Shown here piece after piece: positions 36,801 to 50,700 of a stretch of DNA of 64,000 nt. The notes under the pieces are model-generated. The model made no database searches. It saw only the letters and a program-made list of their open reading frames with translations, and was not told where the DNA came from. Each line of letters begins with the position of its first letter. Position 1 is the stretch's first letter. The DNA is from Phoronis australis (Eukaryota > Animalia > Phoronida): positions 229,655 through 293,654 of the forward strand of contig NMRA01000106.1 in the NCBI GenBank assembly GCA_002633005.1, written 5' to 3'. Both the position numbers and the translations under genes were made by a program.

Positions 36801-38836
36801 CACTATGCTAGTGAGTGCTAACAATTCTATAAATTAGTTACTGTACATAAAATATATGCATTATTTGACCTGATTTAATTCTCACTACCTACTGATATCA
36901 AGTTTTGTGTTAGATATTGACATATGTGTAGCTGGAATGCAACATTGTTACTTTCTTTTCATTTTGTTTATTTCATTACAAGAGTCCTGTGGTGAAGAAA
37001 ACATCTCATTTCCATCCATGTGTAATTCCAGACATTGGCTTTCTTGTGTTGGTCAATTAATTTCAGGAATGGAAATTTTATAACTTATTTACAATGAATT
37101 TAAAAACCACAGGGATGGAGCACGTAACTTTAAATCTCCATCTAGGTTTCATGTGAACTGTTTGTACCTGTTAAGTGTCTGCATAACAACTTGTTTTAGC
37201 GGGTTTACACATTTTTTAAAAATGTGCCCTAACATGTTACTTAGTGGTGCATGATGCCCTCCATTTGTACATATTTAATAGAGGTATAGTCTGCCTAAAT
37301 TGGCCTTAGTTACTGTTGTAATAGTTTGAGAATGTTTCTGCAAGGCAGAAGAAGTGTCCCTTAGTTTAGAGTGTGCACCTCTTGAGAAGTCCCAAGACCC
37401 TGTTGTTAATTACGGGATCAGAGTCTTTGTTCTGTTTCAGAGAATAAAGCTGTTGGTGTGATGAAAGCTGGGCACACGTTTACCATAGAACCTATGATCT
37501 CTGCTGGTAAGTGTCTTTAATACAGGAACTGTGTGCAAAATTTTGACCCTCTCAATGCATCAGTTGGTATCAAAGATGTGGGTTCACTTTTTCCTGCGTT
37601 TTTTTGCATAACTTCACTAAATTGTTCGTTTGTGGTGTTCTTAGCTTAGGCTTCCTAAAAGTTTTGAAACTTCACTATATGGTGCATTACTCACATTCAA
37701 GAAAAAAAATAAGCTGCTTTCTTGTCAGTTCCAAAGTGGCTAGGTTCTGTGTACGGGCAATCATTAAAAAAAGAACTGAGTTTTAAATTGACTCTTGAAT
37801 TTTGATAGCACACACATATGGCTTTTCACTGTATGTTAGTTGTGTGCAATTAAACAAAAGTACATAGAGAATGGTTGAACTACATATGTTGAAGGTGTTT
37901 GATCAATTGTTGCAAAGAGTTTGAATTCATTTTCTTGGAGTCTATCAATTTTTGTGTGGTTAATGACCCAAGCCTGGGTCACTTGCATTCCATTTGACTA
38001 GTACTGGTACATGTGAGCTGTTTCATTTTTAACATGTGCCTGTGTTACAGATGAGGTAAAGCTGCTGTCCTATCAAGAAGTTTGTGCGTTGTTGTTTAAG
38101 GTGGCTGATGATATCAGTGTTATCATCAATAAAATATGTATCTGCTAATTTGCTCCATACGCCACTTGTTGTTTGCGTCCCGTGACATGAAAGCATTTTC
38201 TGCCACGGGTGATTTCCAAAAGAGCTCCACAACCAAGAAAGAGCCAGGTTTGACAATCTTTTCGAATTGTTGGTATGAGGCACAGGCCACATGTTTGAAA
38301 AGTGTGGGAAAGATGTCATTGATTTCTCAATGTTATGTCCTTATAAGGACTGATCAAATAGTTCAAGGTGATCCTTTCTCAACCATTTTTCGGCCAACTT
38401 TTTTGGGAGTTACTTAATGGCTGTTATACTGAATCACAAATAGTATTTTGGCTTTTTACTGATCAAGATGCTGTGGTGACCCACGCAAATTTAAGAAAAA
38501 GCCCTGCCACCTTTTCTCCATGGTGCTTTTTGTATGCAATAAGAGTGAAATATACGAGGTGATAGATTGTGACCAACAGGTGGTGTGTGGGGCAGATTTT
38601 TTCATTACATTGATTAATGGAGTCGTGTTTTGCCACAACAATTTTCATGCGTGTTTAATATCCTAATAGGCACGTGGAGAGACGAGACCTGGCCAGATGA
38701 CTGGACGGCTGTGACTAAAGATGGAAAGAGATCAGCACAATTTGAGCAGACATTACTGGTCACAGATAGTGGAGTAGAAATAATGACTGGCAGACGGACT
38801 AATGGTGGGAAGCCTTGGTTTATGGAGCAGATGTGA
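18900..38836 (+). CDS. METAP1: Methionine aminopeptidase 1, 12 coding exons, 376 aa
   Basis: Exons 18900-19022, 21279-21330, 21879-21949, 23012-23072, 23982-24073, 27190-27273, 32859-32997, 33871-34002, 34306-34411, 36773-36810, 37441-37506, 38670-38836. All introns are GT-AG, phases are consistent and the total is 1131 nt. Zinc finger [14 protein letters not shown]...[16 protein letters not shown]; RPDYA; [27 protein letters not shown]; VDIT...YHGDLNETF; YCGHG; FTIEPMI; [23 protein letters not shown]. Confidence 0.97.
21405..21524 (+). repeat. 16-bp minisatellite (GAGTGAGTGTGTGGCT), about 7.5 copies, METAP1 intron 2
   Basis: Tandem repeat visible directly, starting about 75 bp after the exon 2 donor. 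Confidence 0.9.
23097..23270 (+). repeat. 19-bp minisatellite (GAATGTGTCTTGTTGCTCT, about 3.5 copies) followed by a ~52-bp imperfect duplication, METAP1 intron 4
   Basis: Visible directly, starting about 25 bp after the exon 4 donor. Confidence 0.8.
24229..26675 (+). mobile_element. DINE-1/HINE-like non-autonomous Helentron-type element, copy A, with four 451-bp tandem core units (METAP1 intron 5)
   Basis: 5' sub-TIR/hairpin ATGCGCCCACATATTTATATGTGGACGCAT, then a (GTCC)n microsatellite. The tandem core has a 451-bp period (CCGACTACC at 24441, 24892, 25343, 25794). The 3' end has the inverted sub-TIR GTGGGCGCAT and a terminal hairpin CAACGCTCCGCGTTG. Flanks are T-rich with no TSD. Confidence 0.8.
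27516..32658. mobile_element. 5.1-kb non-autonomous TIR DNA transposon, TA-flanked (METAP1 intron 6)
   Basis: Perfect 67-bp TIR CAGCACACATCACGAATTTTTGGCCGACCGGTCGGAAATTGGTCGACGACCGGCCGTCGACCGGTCG at both ends, TA on both sides, and many subterminal GCCGACC motifs. No transposase ORF inside. Superfamily (Tc1/mariner versus animal EnSpm-like) is uncertain. Confidence 0.85.
34368..34790 (+). repeat. 53-bp minisatellite, 8 copies, made of the last 44 nt of METAP1 exon 9 plus its splice donor
   Basis: Unit GGTTAYTCTGTTGTCAGGACTTACTGTGGCCATGGTATACACCAGTAAGTATT starts at 34368, 34421, 34474, 34527, 34580, 34633, 34686 and 34739. Confidence 0.95.
35131..36445 (+). mobile_element. HINE-like element, copy B (METAP1 intron 9; spans the assembly gap)
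   Basis: Same 5' hairpin, (GTCC)n tract, core unit and 3' GTGGGCGCAT...CAACGCTCTGCGTTG end as copy A. Confidence 0.8.
35649..36013. other. Assembly gap (365 N) inside the tandem core of copy B
   Basis: Run of N, with core-repeat sequence on both sides. Confidence 1.
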
Positions 38837-41789
38837 ATGATGTATTGAATAGTTTGGGTTGTGAACCTGTGGTGAAAATGCCATCTTACTCGACATGCTT
38901 CAGATAATTTTGGGGATGGAAATATTTACCAAGTTTGGCAGTATTCCATGACTAAAATTTGAAGGACTTATCAATTGTAAAGTTGGTCATGAATTTTTGT
39001 AAACTTGGCTTTTCAAAGAACCTTAATTCTGTAACCTTAAAGTTAATGACTCCAACTAATCTGCTTGATGTCTTAGTCTTATAGTTGGACTCGCATAAGT
39101 TGCATCCAAGCAGACGCAAGAGATTTTGGTGAATGAGGTGAAATCTGACTTTTGTGAAGGATCGAGCGCATGAACTGGAACCCAACTGTACTGAAAATCT
39201 GACTTGTGCATGCGAGTTGGGGGAGTTTTACTGTAATCCTATCTTTCAGTTCCACCAATGTCATTAAGAAATATTTGGGCAAAGTTGTAAGCTTGATGGA
39301 ATTATTTACGGTGATTTTTACCGTTACACTTCCTCGCAGTTTTTACAGACGCGACAAGATTGGTGACTGTAAAAATAAACTCTTCTTCATATAATCATAT
39401 GTGTCTCTTTTCTTTTGTTCAACTACTCATCTTGCAAATAATTTAGATTTACATTCGTTTGGTAATTGATCAATTTCCATTGCTTTATCAATAACTTTGC
39501 TGTGACTGGAAAACCTTTCAATTCTTTTAGATTCTACAGAATTGTACAAAAACAATTCAAAATGACAAAAGTTGAACTTCCATGTATGTTTGAATATTTG
39601 CATAAGTTGGATATACATTGTTAAGTTGTTTGGATTTCTGGTTATTGAGATCAAATATCTCGATCTGATTGATTTATGCGACTTTTATTATAAATCTAAG
39701 AATCTTGACTGCCTAAAAGTTTATTTTTAAATTTAGTTTTTGATGGCAATAATCCTAAGCAAATAGCAAAAGTGTGCAATCCTAGTTTACACACTGCACA
39801 TTCACAGCTTCACTATTTTCCTGTGAAAGTTCCACAGGTGGCGCCACTCCTTCAATATCTGTCACAGCTTCCAGTTAGTCATAGACAACTTACTTCTTAT
39901 TGCAAAAGAGCACCCCAATGAGAACCAACTCCTGGTATTTACATGTGTAACCATCAGCACAGTGAATGCAGTTACAGCAGGGCTAGAAATTTCCTCTCGT
40001 TTCAATTTCCTCTCATTTGACTCACAGTTTCCTCTTTTTTTGTCTCATCACTATTTTGGCTTTTTGTGCAAAAATGTTTTACTTCAGTCACACAAGACTA
40101 TTTGTTTGTGGAATGAGACATCACCTGGAAAACTTTCTTATTTTTTGTCATTGGTCATTCCAAGCCCTGCACAGTAACGTTAACAGAAACTAGCATTATC
40201 CACCTCAGTGGCTGCTTTTAGCTGTCAATGTAAAATGTAATGCACTTGTTTTGATTAACTTGGTTGGTTCTGCTGGGTCAACTGGCTCAGACGTCTGGCT
40301 TTTGATGGTGACTTCTAGCTTACTTTCCAATCAGATGTCTCAGCTGGTTTACCAGGCAATGCATTGCCACACTTGTGCAATCTTGAATTGTAGCTGAAAG
40401 AGCACACAACTCAAGCCACAGGCAATGCACATGTAAACTGCCATTTTCAAATTTGCAGTCTTTGTTTCAGCAACCCTAGTTTACTCAGAAGATTTTTCTT
40501 GACTTGCTTATGATTGTAGCATTCTTGTTAGAAATGGAAGTCTAGTCCTAACATGATAAGGATTATTATGGGAAAGAAAAAAGTGGAATTCATTTTTCAT
40601 TTTTGGCAGCTAAACTTTGTCTGACAATTGAAAGTACAATTTTAATGTACATTTCCATGCTGCTTTAAGAATTGTGCAATAATACTTTACCAATACTGTA
40701 TTTTCTAAAACCAAAATTGTAACAATTTCAACAAAGCATTAACATTTTAAAATGAGTACCATTATACAGCTAGAAACTGAGCCAATAAAGCTTTAAAACA
40801 ATGTTAAACACCCCTACAAATATATAAAAAGCATTGAAAGTAACACATTTTCAACCAGTCTGGCAACTTGTGTGAAGACACACATAGTAAAGTCCAGTAG
40901 GCAACTGCATATCATCATGCTACCTAGTACAGTAGACAACTCCATACCATCATGCTACTTAGTACAAACTAGATGACATAGGGTTAAGTGGCCACTGTAA
41001 AATTACTGTTAACTGGTACAGTTCAGCTTAGAGTGAATTTCATTAGAGTAAAAATTCTAATATCAACACTAATATCTAAACAAAACTTTCACTTGACAGT
41101 ATCGTCAGGTACTTGGATCCACACCTATTAATAAGATTATAAGTCGTGCAGTTTCCCAATGAAACTAGAGCTACCATGCACTTTTACTGATAATAGAAAT
41201 TTCACCAAATAGTAAAGTTTGTTACTGGATGCATACATCACCAACAGGGAGTTGACAACTTTACCCTAGAATTCAACTGTTGATAAACAACGCATAAAAC
41301 TAACTCACTTCATTCACTGTTTGACACTACAAAAAGTTCTTTTCTCTCAAAAAACAATTACGTTGGCAGAGTCTAAACTAAATTGAAAAAAATAGCACAT
41401 TTGATGGCTGTATTGAATCCATGTCACTAAATTCCCGATGAGATATTTTTATGCTATATCTCCAAAACCACATTTGGAAAACCACCACTGACAAAAAGTT
41501 TTCTTGTGACAAATGCGAGTGATGCAAAGGAAAGATCTCCCAAGATTTAAAGCCAAAAACTTTGAATTAAAGCCACACCAAGGAAACCACATCCCTGCTG
41601 AACAAAAGCTACATGTTCAAGTTTCCCAACACGAAATGCTACTGTTTCTTATTTCACATAAGAACATGACTAGAGTTCATTGATCAGATACCCTTTTAAC
41701 TAGTTTCTCAGCCATTGATTTTTGAGATCTGTTGGTGCAGATACCTTGAAGTAATTTTCAGGGTGCAAATATCACATATATGACCAAGA

Positions 41790-44700
41790 TTAATCCTCCG
41801 ACAGCCAACCCGCACCACTCTCTTCCTCCCCATATGGAGCGTGTTCAGCAACTCTCATTTTCAAATCCAGCTCCTTCTCAAATAAGATTAAACTTTTTAT
41901 ATCCCCAGGTATATTCATCTTCTGAACTTTCTCAAAAGGCTTCACTCCGAGTTGTTGCCTCAGAATTCCCCGGCACAGGATTTGCAATGACTGTGGATTT
42001 GTTAAACACTCTTTTAAGACGGGCAAAAGTTCCATCTTAAACTGGTCTCTTATTATCCGTTGACCTTCAACCTTCCCTACCATGATGATATCGTAGATTG
42101 TCTTTACAACATTATAGGGTACTGTATGATGGGCTGTCAAGAGCATTTTTATCATTGCAATGTCCTCGAATTTAATGGCAGCAAATAAAGGCTGAAGTTG
42201 AATATGAGGGTGAGGATCATTGTGAAGTTTGCAGCACTTCATCGGAAAGAATGGTGAAATTTCCGTGCGCTCGCTAGCATTCAGGTCACAGCCCCATCGT
42301 ATCAGCATTTTGATCATTTCATCGTTGCCGTCCTCGATTGCGACCTGAACTGGTGTCAGCCCACTGCTGGAAACCTGTATAGTAAGAAATACTAGTACAT
42401 AAATGAATGACACTATAGACTGAGCTTCGGACATATGAAATGAAGTATTTACAAATGGATTATCGTTTAAGTAATTTTATGTATCGTATATCACGTAAAA
42501 AGAGAAGCAGTCATTCATTTCAAATTGGTAATATTTAAATATGACATATAAATTCGTTTAAGAACTTGAAAACTGAACACACTGGAGTTTGATCATAATA
42601 CAGACATGAGGATCTAACAGAAAGGAGTAAGACAGCAAAAGGAATTGGGGAGTCCAGTACAAACCCAACTAGTGATCCTTTGAGTGCTAGAGCAGGTAAG
42701 AGAGGCAGATGCTAGAAAATGGACACAAAAATAACAAAATTGGCACAGAAAACATCAAATCTGAACAAAATGGGAAGGCGTTCTCGTCTCTTCAACAGAA
42801 ACCTATCTGCCAAATTTCATCAAAATACATTAATGAACTCTGAAGATACAAAGGCAAACATAAACAAACATTTTGCCAGAAAGGGCACAGTGGTATTTGG
42901 ATCAGTTCAATACATTTGTCCTCCACTCCACAGCAATACATCTTTCAAATTTCACAATGCTCCTTCAAAGCTGTTCACTAGGCAGAAGGCCGGGTTCGGA
43001 CACAAGACACAAAAAAGTCCCCACACATTGGCTGCACCCATCCAGAAGTCAATGCCAGTCGCGGCCTTCTAATCAAGAACATTCTGTAAATCTCATCATG
43101 ATCCTTTGATCAATATGGCAGATAGAGAGGCGGACGCTAGAAAAAGGATGCAAAAATAACAAAAATGGCCAGGAGGTTGGTGTAAAATCCATTAAAACCG
43201 CCCAAAAATGGAGTGACATCATTGCCTCCTAATTAAAATTAATTAAAAGCTATTTGCCAAGTTTTATGAAAATCAATCAAAGAAGTCCGAAGATACAGCG
43301 GCAATTAACGTAAAAAATAAATTGTCACTAGGCAAACATAAAAAAATAAAATTGACACTAGGGGGCACAGCAGTACTTTGATCGGTCTGCTGCATCATAG
43401 GAACACACGAGCCAAATCTCATTATGATCCTTCAAGAGATTTAGGAGATACAGCAGTGGATGCCGCATGCTGGACGCCCAGAGATGATGGCAATATGTGC
43501 CCACATATAAATATGTGCGCATAAAACTTGAAAAGCTGAGCAAGGCATTACAGATCGTTCTTCACATGGTGTTAGATGCTACCTTTACCTTCCAAACACT
43601 ACGTCTGTCAAACAATACTTTTTACTAGAAGCAAGTTTAATTCAGATTGTAAGAATTTCATACCCTGTCGATATTAGCACCTTTATCCAATAGAAGTTCC
43701 ACCAACTTGTAGAAGCCCCTGTGTACCAAGCAGTGAAGTGGCAATTGGTCAAAACCCCTGTTGAGTTTACAACCTGGCTTGCTTACGATCAGTTTGACCA
43801 GAGTCTCGTTGCCATGGTCACAGGCCTGACAAAGGGGTGTGATAAAACGAGAATTGGGCAGATTCACATCGCATCCTGCAAGAAAAGGAAATAAACTGCT
43901 TTGGGAATTCACAATTTCAGACAAAAACATGCAGCCTAAAAAATTTATGATGAGTAAAATGGCTGCCAGAAATACACTGTTGTGATGTGTGTTACGCAGT
44001 TCAATTCAAGAAAGATTTGAGGTATGTTCTTTTACAGTCTAAATGGAGACTAAACCTAAAATATACCACTGGTCGTAAGTCTCTATTTAGACTATGTGTA
44101 AAGGCATCAAACAGTTCTGGAATTTTAGAGAAGCAGCTCTCTAAAAGCTATTTTCTAGTAGTGAGAAATGAAAAAAATTAGACACTGTTTGGCATTCGCT
44201 TGCTGTTTACATTAAGTGCACACTAAACTCACATCATTACCTGACTGTACAAGTAATGTAGCAGCCTCTACATAATCATTAACGACAGCTGCATAAAATG
44301 GCGTCCTTCTGTCCTCTGCTTCAACAACATTAAGTTCACTGCCATGGGTGATGAGCATTCTTATAATCTAAACGAGTCAAAATTGATTCTGTAAACGTTA
44401 AGAAAGAGTCAAAACTGTTGTGTAAATGTAAAGACTATTCCTACATGGTAGTGTTTTTTATCATAAATCAAGTCTTGTGGTCATCTGTCTCGGAGTAGTT
44501 CTGGGGCAACATGCCCAGAACTCCAACAGCTGCCATGAGGGGTCTACTGTGTCCTGGACAGAATTGATATTTAAAACTGGCTGTCGGTTACTTCTACACA
44601 ATAGGCCAGAGTTGTGTACAACATGCTTATTATGCAAATAAAACTCTGGCATGATGGATAATTAGCATGCACATACCAGACAAAAGACTGACGGAATGCT

Positions 44701-47700
44701 TAAAATTTACAAGTGAAAAGGTTGGTATCTGGATATAGAAACCAATGTTGTCTGGAGTTGAAACTAAACCACAGTTACTTGTTATGTTGTTTCTAGAAAA
44801 TTTTGATACAGAAAGTTTGCATGTATAATTTCACAACACACATAGTAAGGCCCACATGGCATTCACTGAGTGCATGTATGGTTTCATTCATCGCCTTAAA
44901 CTTGATTTATCGCAAATGAGATCCACATTTTTGACACAACCTTATGAGGCAGCTCTGTATGAGACTTTACAAACTCAGTTATCAAATTAGACTTAATTGC
45001 AGATTAGTGTTTCCAACATATGACAAAAAAGCAGTACACCAACAATATCACAGGATCAGCACAATGATCAAGTCCTTTTTGAGAACACAAAAGCAATCGT
45101 GTGACTTACAATTCTTATCAAACCCCAATTTCTCTGTCCTCCATTACTGACTTTCACTTACATCAATATGGCGCTCTGAAGATACAGCACAGTAGAGAGG
45201 GAGTTCATTCCGGCAATTGGTGTGATTGATGTTACATCCTGAAAGTACAAACATCAATTTGTTCACCTGTCCTCACACACCCTTTGTAAATGCAACGCAA
45301 ATTCAAACCTGGAACTCACGCAATCACAATGTAACACTCTGTTGGCAGAGCTAAATCCCACTCACATGATGGCTACATACATGTACAACACAATGCCTTC
45401 AACTGATGGAGTTCACTGCTAATTTCTCTCACGAAACCTTACTGGTAATCTTCAATGACATTAAGTGATGCTATCTGTTGCGGCCAAAGTCTGTACTACT
45501 ATCTCTGTGGCTTCAATAATAACCACAAGCCACCAAGCCTTTTATTAGATAATTGTCCAAAACACTGATAAGACCTCATTCTGGACACTAGAAATACAAC
45601 AGTTTCATTGTACTTTGTATTTTGTCAAGAAATATGTACAAGAAGTGCTGATGACAAGCCATGGTATCATCATCAATACTGAAATGAATGTTGTTGTGTG
45701 AATTAAGAGTAATTATCACATCACTAGTGACTTCCATAACTTACTTGCTCCATAACACGTAGATGTTTCCTACTAGTGTGTGTAATAGTGGACAAGACTG
45801 ATAGGATTGTGTAACAGTACACTAGATTGATCCTGAAAACCACTCTCTGTTTGAAGTTGAAACTAACGAGAAATGCTTCTAATGCGAAAGGAGTCGCACA
45901 AGGACTTGGGTAATTCTTAAAAGCATTGTAAATAATTGGCATGTGTGCTTTGGTTACGGGGACCACTCATAAATGGATTTTCAGCAAAGATCACTGAACA
46001 AGAGAAAGTTGTAAATGCAGTCAAGGAAATAGCATCATCAAACAATCATCAAAACTTAGTGTAGATTCAACCAAAGAAAAGGTGACCTTTTGGCGAGTAA
46101 CTCAGGACTAGTGCCAAATAACATGAGTGTAGGTCATGCAAGTGAAATGACGAGGGAGATGAATTTCTTCAGTTATCTTAAAGTCCTTCTTGCAAACTGC
46201 CCATGTGGTTCCAGTATCCGAAAATACTTACTACATAAAGTCTTATTTTCGACACCCTTTCTTTATATTCTTTTCGCCTTTCTTGCCAAAAGCGATTTTT
46301 AACAGTATTTGACCCTTCTCTCTGAGCGTACAATGTATGATTACCGGTTGTCATCAGTTATTTCCGTACCCACATTTCCGGCTAATCAGTTCAGGAACTT
46401 GTCCTGAACGCCGCCATTTTTTCTTGCAACTGAATGTGCTATGGCTTGCTCGAAAAGTCTTCATTATTTTGTTTTATTAGTAATATATCGTGATTCGTTT
46501 GCATATGTACTGTATTTATAGTTTGTAGTTAGTGGTCGTTGATTTTTTTTGGAATGTTACACGTACTTAGTATGTTAAAATAGCATTAGTGTTTAGTTCC
46601 TTACGTAGGCGGGTCGAACCTAGAAACCAATACGGGTCGAACCAATTTTTTTTCGGTTTTATTTTTTTTCCTCGTTTTGAAAAAGTACTTTGTTATCATC
46701 GGAAAGGTAGTACATTCTACTCAGTAAAAATCGAAAAAGTATCAAAATCGGGGCAAGCACTGCAAAGTTATTGCAAGTTTTGTGGCGAAATTTGGGTCAC
46801 GTACTTTGTTTGGATCGCGTCGGCCATATTGGAGGACAGCGGGATGAGTTACGAGTTTAAAACTTTGTGTAAATTGTTTTCGCCAACACATTACGGTGAA
46901 ATTTAGTTAAACATATCTTTACTTACTATTCTGCATGATTTAGCAGTGTTCACCAAATTTCAGCCTCGCAGTTATTACTCATTAAGTGATAAATGTGCTC
47001 ACAATTTCCGTTGGACTTCGTCTCATTTCTGGCGGCACCTACAGTGTCGACTTTTGCTGAACTGAAAGGCATGTTCAATCGGCTACTTTGTAATTTGTGA
47101 AGATTTAACGTTGATACATTTTGACAAACGTTGCTACAAAAAAGAAACTTTGTTCAATTTTCGTGTTTTTTGTGTTTGTGGCCAGCGACCAGTTAGGCCT
47201 AAGGGTAGTCTTGGCGCAAAGCTGTATAGGCCTACTTACAAGCTGTATTTTGACTATAGTCTTCACTGGTAGCTGGTGACTGAGGCTAACTGACGTCTGC
47301 CGTGGCAGTGTGACACAGGACTAACCAGCCCGTAATTTCATGCAAGTGTCTGAAACTACCCTTGAATATATGCAGCATCTATAATTTGACCATTTTACTT
47401 TGACAAAACAGCTTGCAACCGCATGCATTTACCGTTCGCCTGTGTCTGGTCTCGATCCGCACCGGGTCGGATAGGCTGCAGTCCCGAGTCTGGCAAAATA
47501 ATTTCTGTCAAAATTTATTCGCCACATTTTTTCAGCAAATTCCATAAAATTGTCCGTAGTTTGATTTTATCAAAATTAAGGCGTGCTGTCGATTTTTTTA
47601 TCCCCGTTTGCTAGCTGGTAACAGTACAAGCACTGCTACAGTCGCACTGACGGTGTTTCTCGGCCTGGGTTCCTGAATGAATTGTACTTCCGGGTTCGCG

Positions 47701-50700
47701 GCAACTTCAAAATGGCAGTGTTTCTTCGGGTGCGAATCGTGAGTGGCGCGTTCATTTAAACTGTTTTCGAGTACGGATCGTGTATTAGTTATGGGTTAGG
47801 TACTTCTTGGATCCTTATAACATCTTCTAACCATGTAATTAGGGTTAACAACATGTGAGAGAAGGACTTTAAAGCAAAGTTTCCCCTTTGTTTCAAACTT
47901 GAAAATCCTTGGACTGAGCTGAAACAATAACAACAGGTCCTTGAGTTCTGGTTAACATCTTTCTCTTTGAAGTACCCCAGTGCTGTGAGCAGTTGAAACA
48001 AGAGTGGGCATTGAACGACTCACCAGACTGAATCAGTATCTCCACCATCTCGGGACTGTTCCCACTGACAGCTGAATGAAGCAACGAATCACCAGACTGG
48101 GTTATGGCGTGGACATCTGCACCAGCTGACAACAGCATGAAGAACACCTCTGTAACACTCAACAGAAATAGACACCTGGCAACTGCTACAAATTCACCTC
48201 AGTCTATTCTACGTACCTGTGTGCTTTTATGCGATAAACATCTTTATACATGGGCTTCAAAATGTTATGAAATTTGAGGACTAAAGAAGTAATTGTTACA
48301 GATCTCAGATTAAATTTCATGTTTTAGTGAGACATGAGTAGGGATATTCCTGAACTGCGCCTTTGTGCCATTAACGCATAAAAAAATAAAAACAAGGCAC
48401 AAGTGCATTGCAGCAGAGCGCCCCCCAGGCGCATCTTTTAAAATGCAGCACTATTCTAAAAATGCAAGATTCTAGTCAACTTACAGCCTGGGCACACTGG
48501 TTGTCAGATCCGTCCGAAAGTAGTTGTCATCCGTTTTTAACGTCTGATATAAATACACTTGCTAAATTTAGCAAAGATGCTGCAAACCATTTAGGAGATA
48601 CAGCTATGGGCGCAAAAAAAAAACTGCCACTAGGAGGCGCCACGGTAGTTGAAGTCATTGGTAAATCATCGTCAGCTTCATAGTAAGAACATACATGTCG
48701 ATTTTCACAATCATCCTTAGAGCAGTTTGGTTGATAGAGGGGTGAACACCAAAAAACAGACTAAAAAAGAGTAAAAATGGCCACTAGGTGGCGCAAACTA
48801 TGTCAAATCCATCAGAAAATGAGAGGATAGCTTCATCTCACTATGTGGTGCAAACGTTCCTCCATTCCATCCCAAAGTGGGAGGATAGCATCATCTCACC
48901 AATAAATGCCAACATTCCAAACTTTACTTCAAATTTTATGAAAATACGTTCAGAACCGTTCTGAACTTCAGGACCTTTGAAGATAGAGGCAAACGTAAAA
49001 AATGTGAATTGTCACTAGGGGGCACACCGGTAGTCAGATCTGTCCGAAAGTTGTAGTCATCCCTTGTCAACATCATACAAATACGCTTGCAGGATTTAGT
49101 AAAGATCCTGCCAACAGTTTAAGAGATACACCCGTGAGCGCAAAAAGAGACAACTGCCACTAGGAGGTGCCACAGTAGTCGACATTTATCGGAAAATCAT
49201 CGTCAGCTGTCCTCTTCGTAATAAGAACATACATGCCAATTTCCACAATCATCCTTAGAGCGGTATGGTTGATAGAGGGATGGACGCCAAAAACAGACTC
49301 GAAAACAGAAAAAATGGCCACTAGGTGGCGCAAACTACGTCGAATCCATCTGAAAACGGGAGGATAGCGTCATCTCACTAATAGGTGCTTAGATTCCAAA
49401 TTTTTTAAAAATACCTCGACCTTTGAAGATACAGAGGTAAACGTAAAAAATTAAATTGCCACTAGGGGACACACCGCTAGTCAGATCCGTCGGAAAGTCG
49501 TCGTCATCCATTTTCAGCATCATATAAATACACATGCAGAATCTAGTAAAGTTCCTGCCAACGGTTTAGGAGATACAGCCATGGGCGCAAAAAGAGACAA
49601 AACTGCCACTAGGAGGTGCCATAGTAGTCAAAATCGTCGGAAAATCATCGTCAGCCATCCTCTTCATATAAAAACATACATGCCAATTTCCATGATCATC
49701 TTTAAAGCGGTTTTGTTGATAGAGGGGTGGATGCCAAAAAACAGCAAAAATGGCCACTAGGTGGTGCAAACTACGTTGAATCCATCCGAAAACGGGACGA
49801 TAGATGCCTATATGCCAAATTTTATGAAAATACGTTTTAAAGGACCTTTGAAGATATAGAGGTAAGCAGAAAAAATTGTCACTAGCTGGCACACCGGTAC
49901 TCAGATCCGTCCGAACGTTCGCTCATGTTGTCCCATCCATTATAGGAATATATGTGCAAAATTTCATGAACGTACGTCAAAGCGTTAAGGAGATAGAGCA
50001 GCCGAAAGCAGATGGACGGAAATGACGGCATAATGCGTCCACATATAAATATGTGGGCGCATAAAAATGGAACTTGCTTATGACAGTATATAAGTAAAGT
50101 TTGTGGTTTGTTCAGATGCCAAAAAGAAAAACAATAGTTGTCTCATTCTCAAGTGAAAACTCGGGTTGGACACATAATTATTACATTTCATATGTTACAG
50201 ACATTGACAAACAAGGCTAAAAGTACCTATAATCCACTTTTTGACCCAAGAAATCATAATCATTGTTCACTCGTAACATTTGGTTTGACCAGAGACTAGT
50301 AAGTAACATAATGTCCTTTGACATGACTGACTCAATAGAATACTATGGGCAATTCGCTCACAATGAAAACAGGATTTTAGTTGTCTTTCAGACTCACCAA
50401 CATTTCCAGAGAATGCACAATGGTGTAATGGAGTCCAGCCTGACCCATCACCTCGGCTGATATCGCAGCCATGATCAATCAGACTTGTGATTATCTTAAG
50501 GTCAGAATCGTAGTCATCTGTCAATCCTTGGGAAACTTTGAATAAAGAAACATTGAATATTACATACATCACCACTACACTCAGATGGTGAGAGTATCTG
50601 ACGTAATTCTCACAAGTACATCACCAGCAGTTGCAAGATTATGCGAAGAAGTACTTCAATTAGCATTTAAAAAAGTGAAAATTAATGTTCTTAGAAATTT

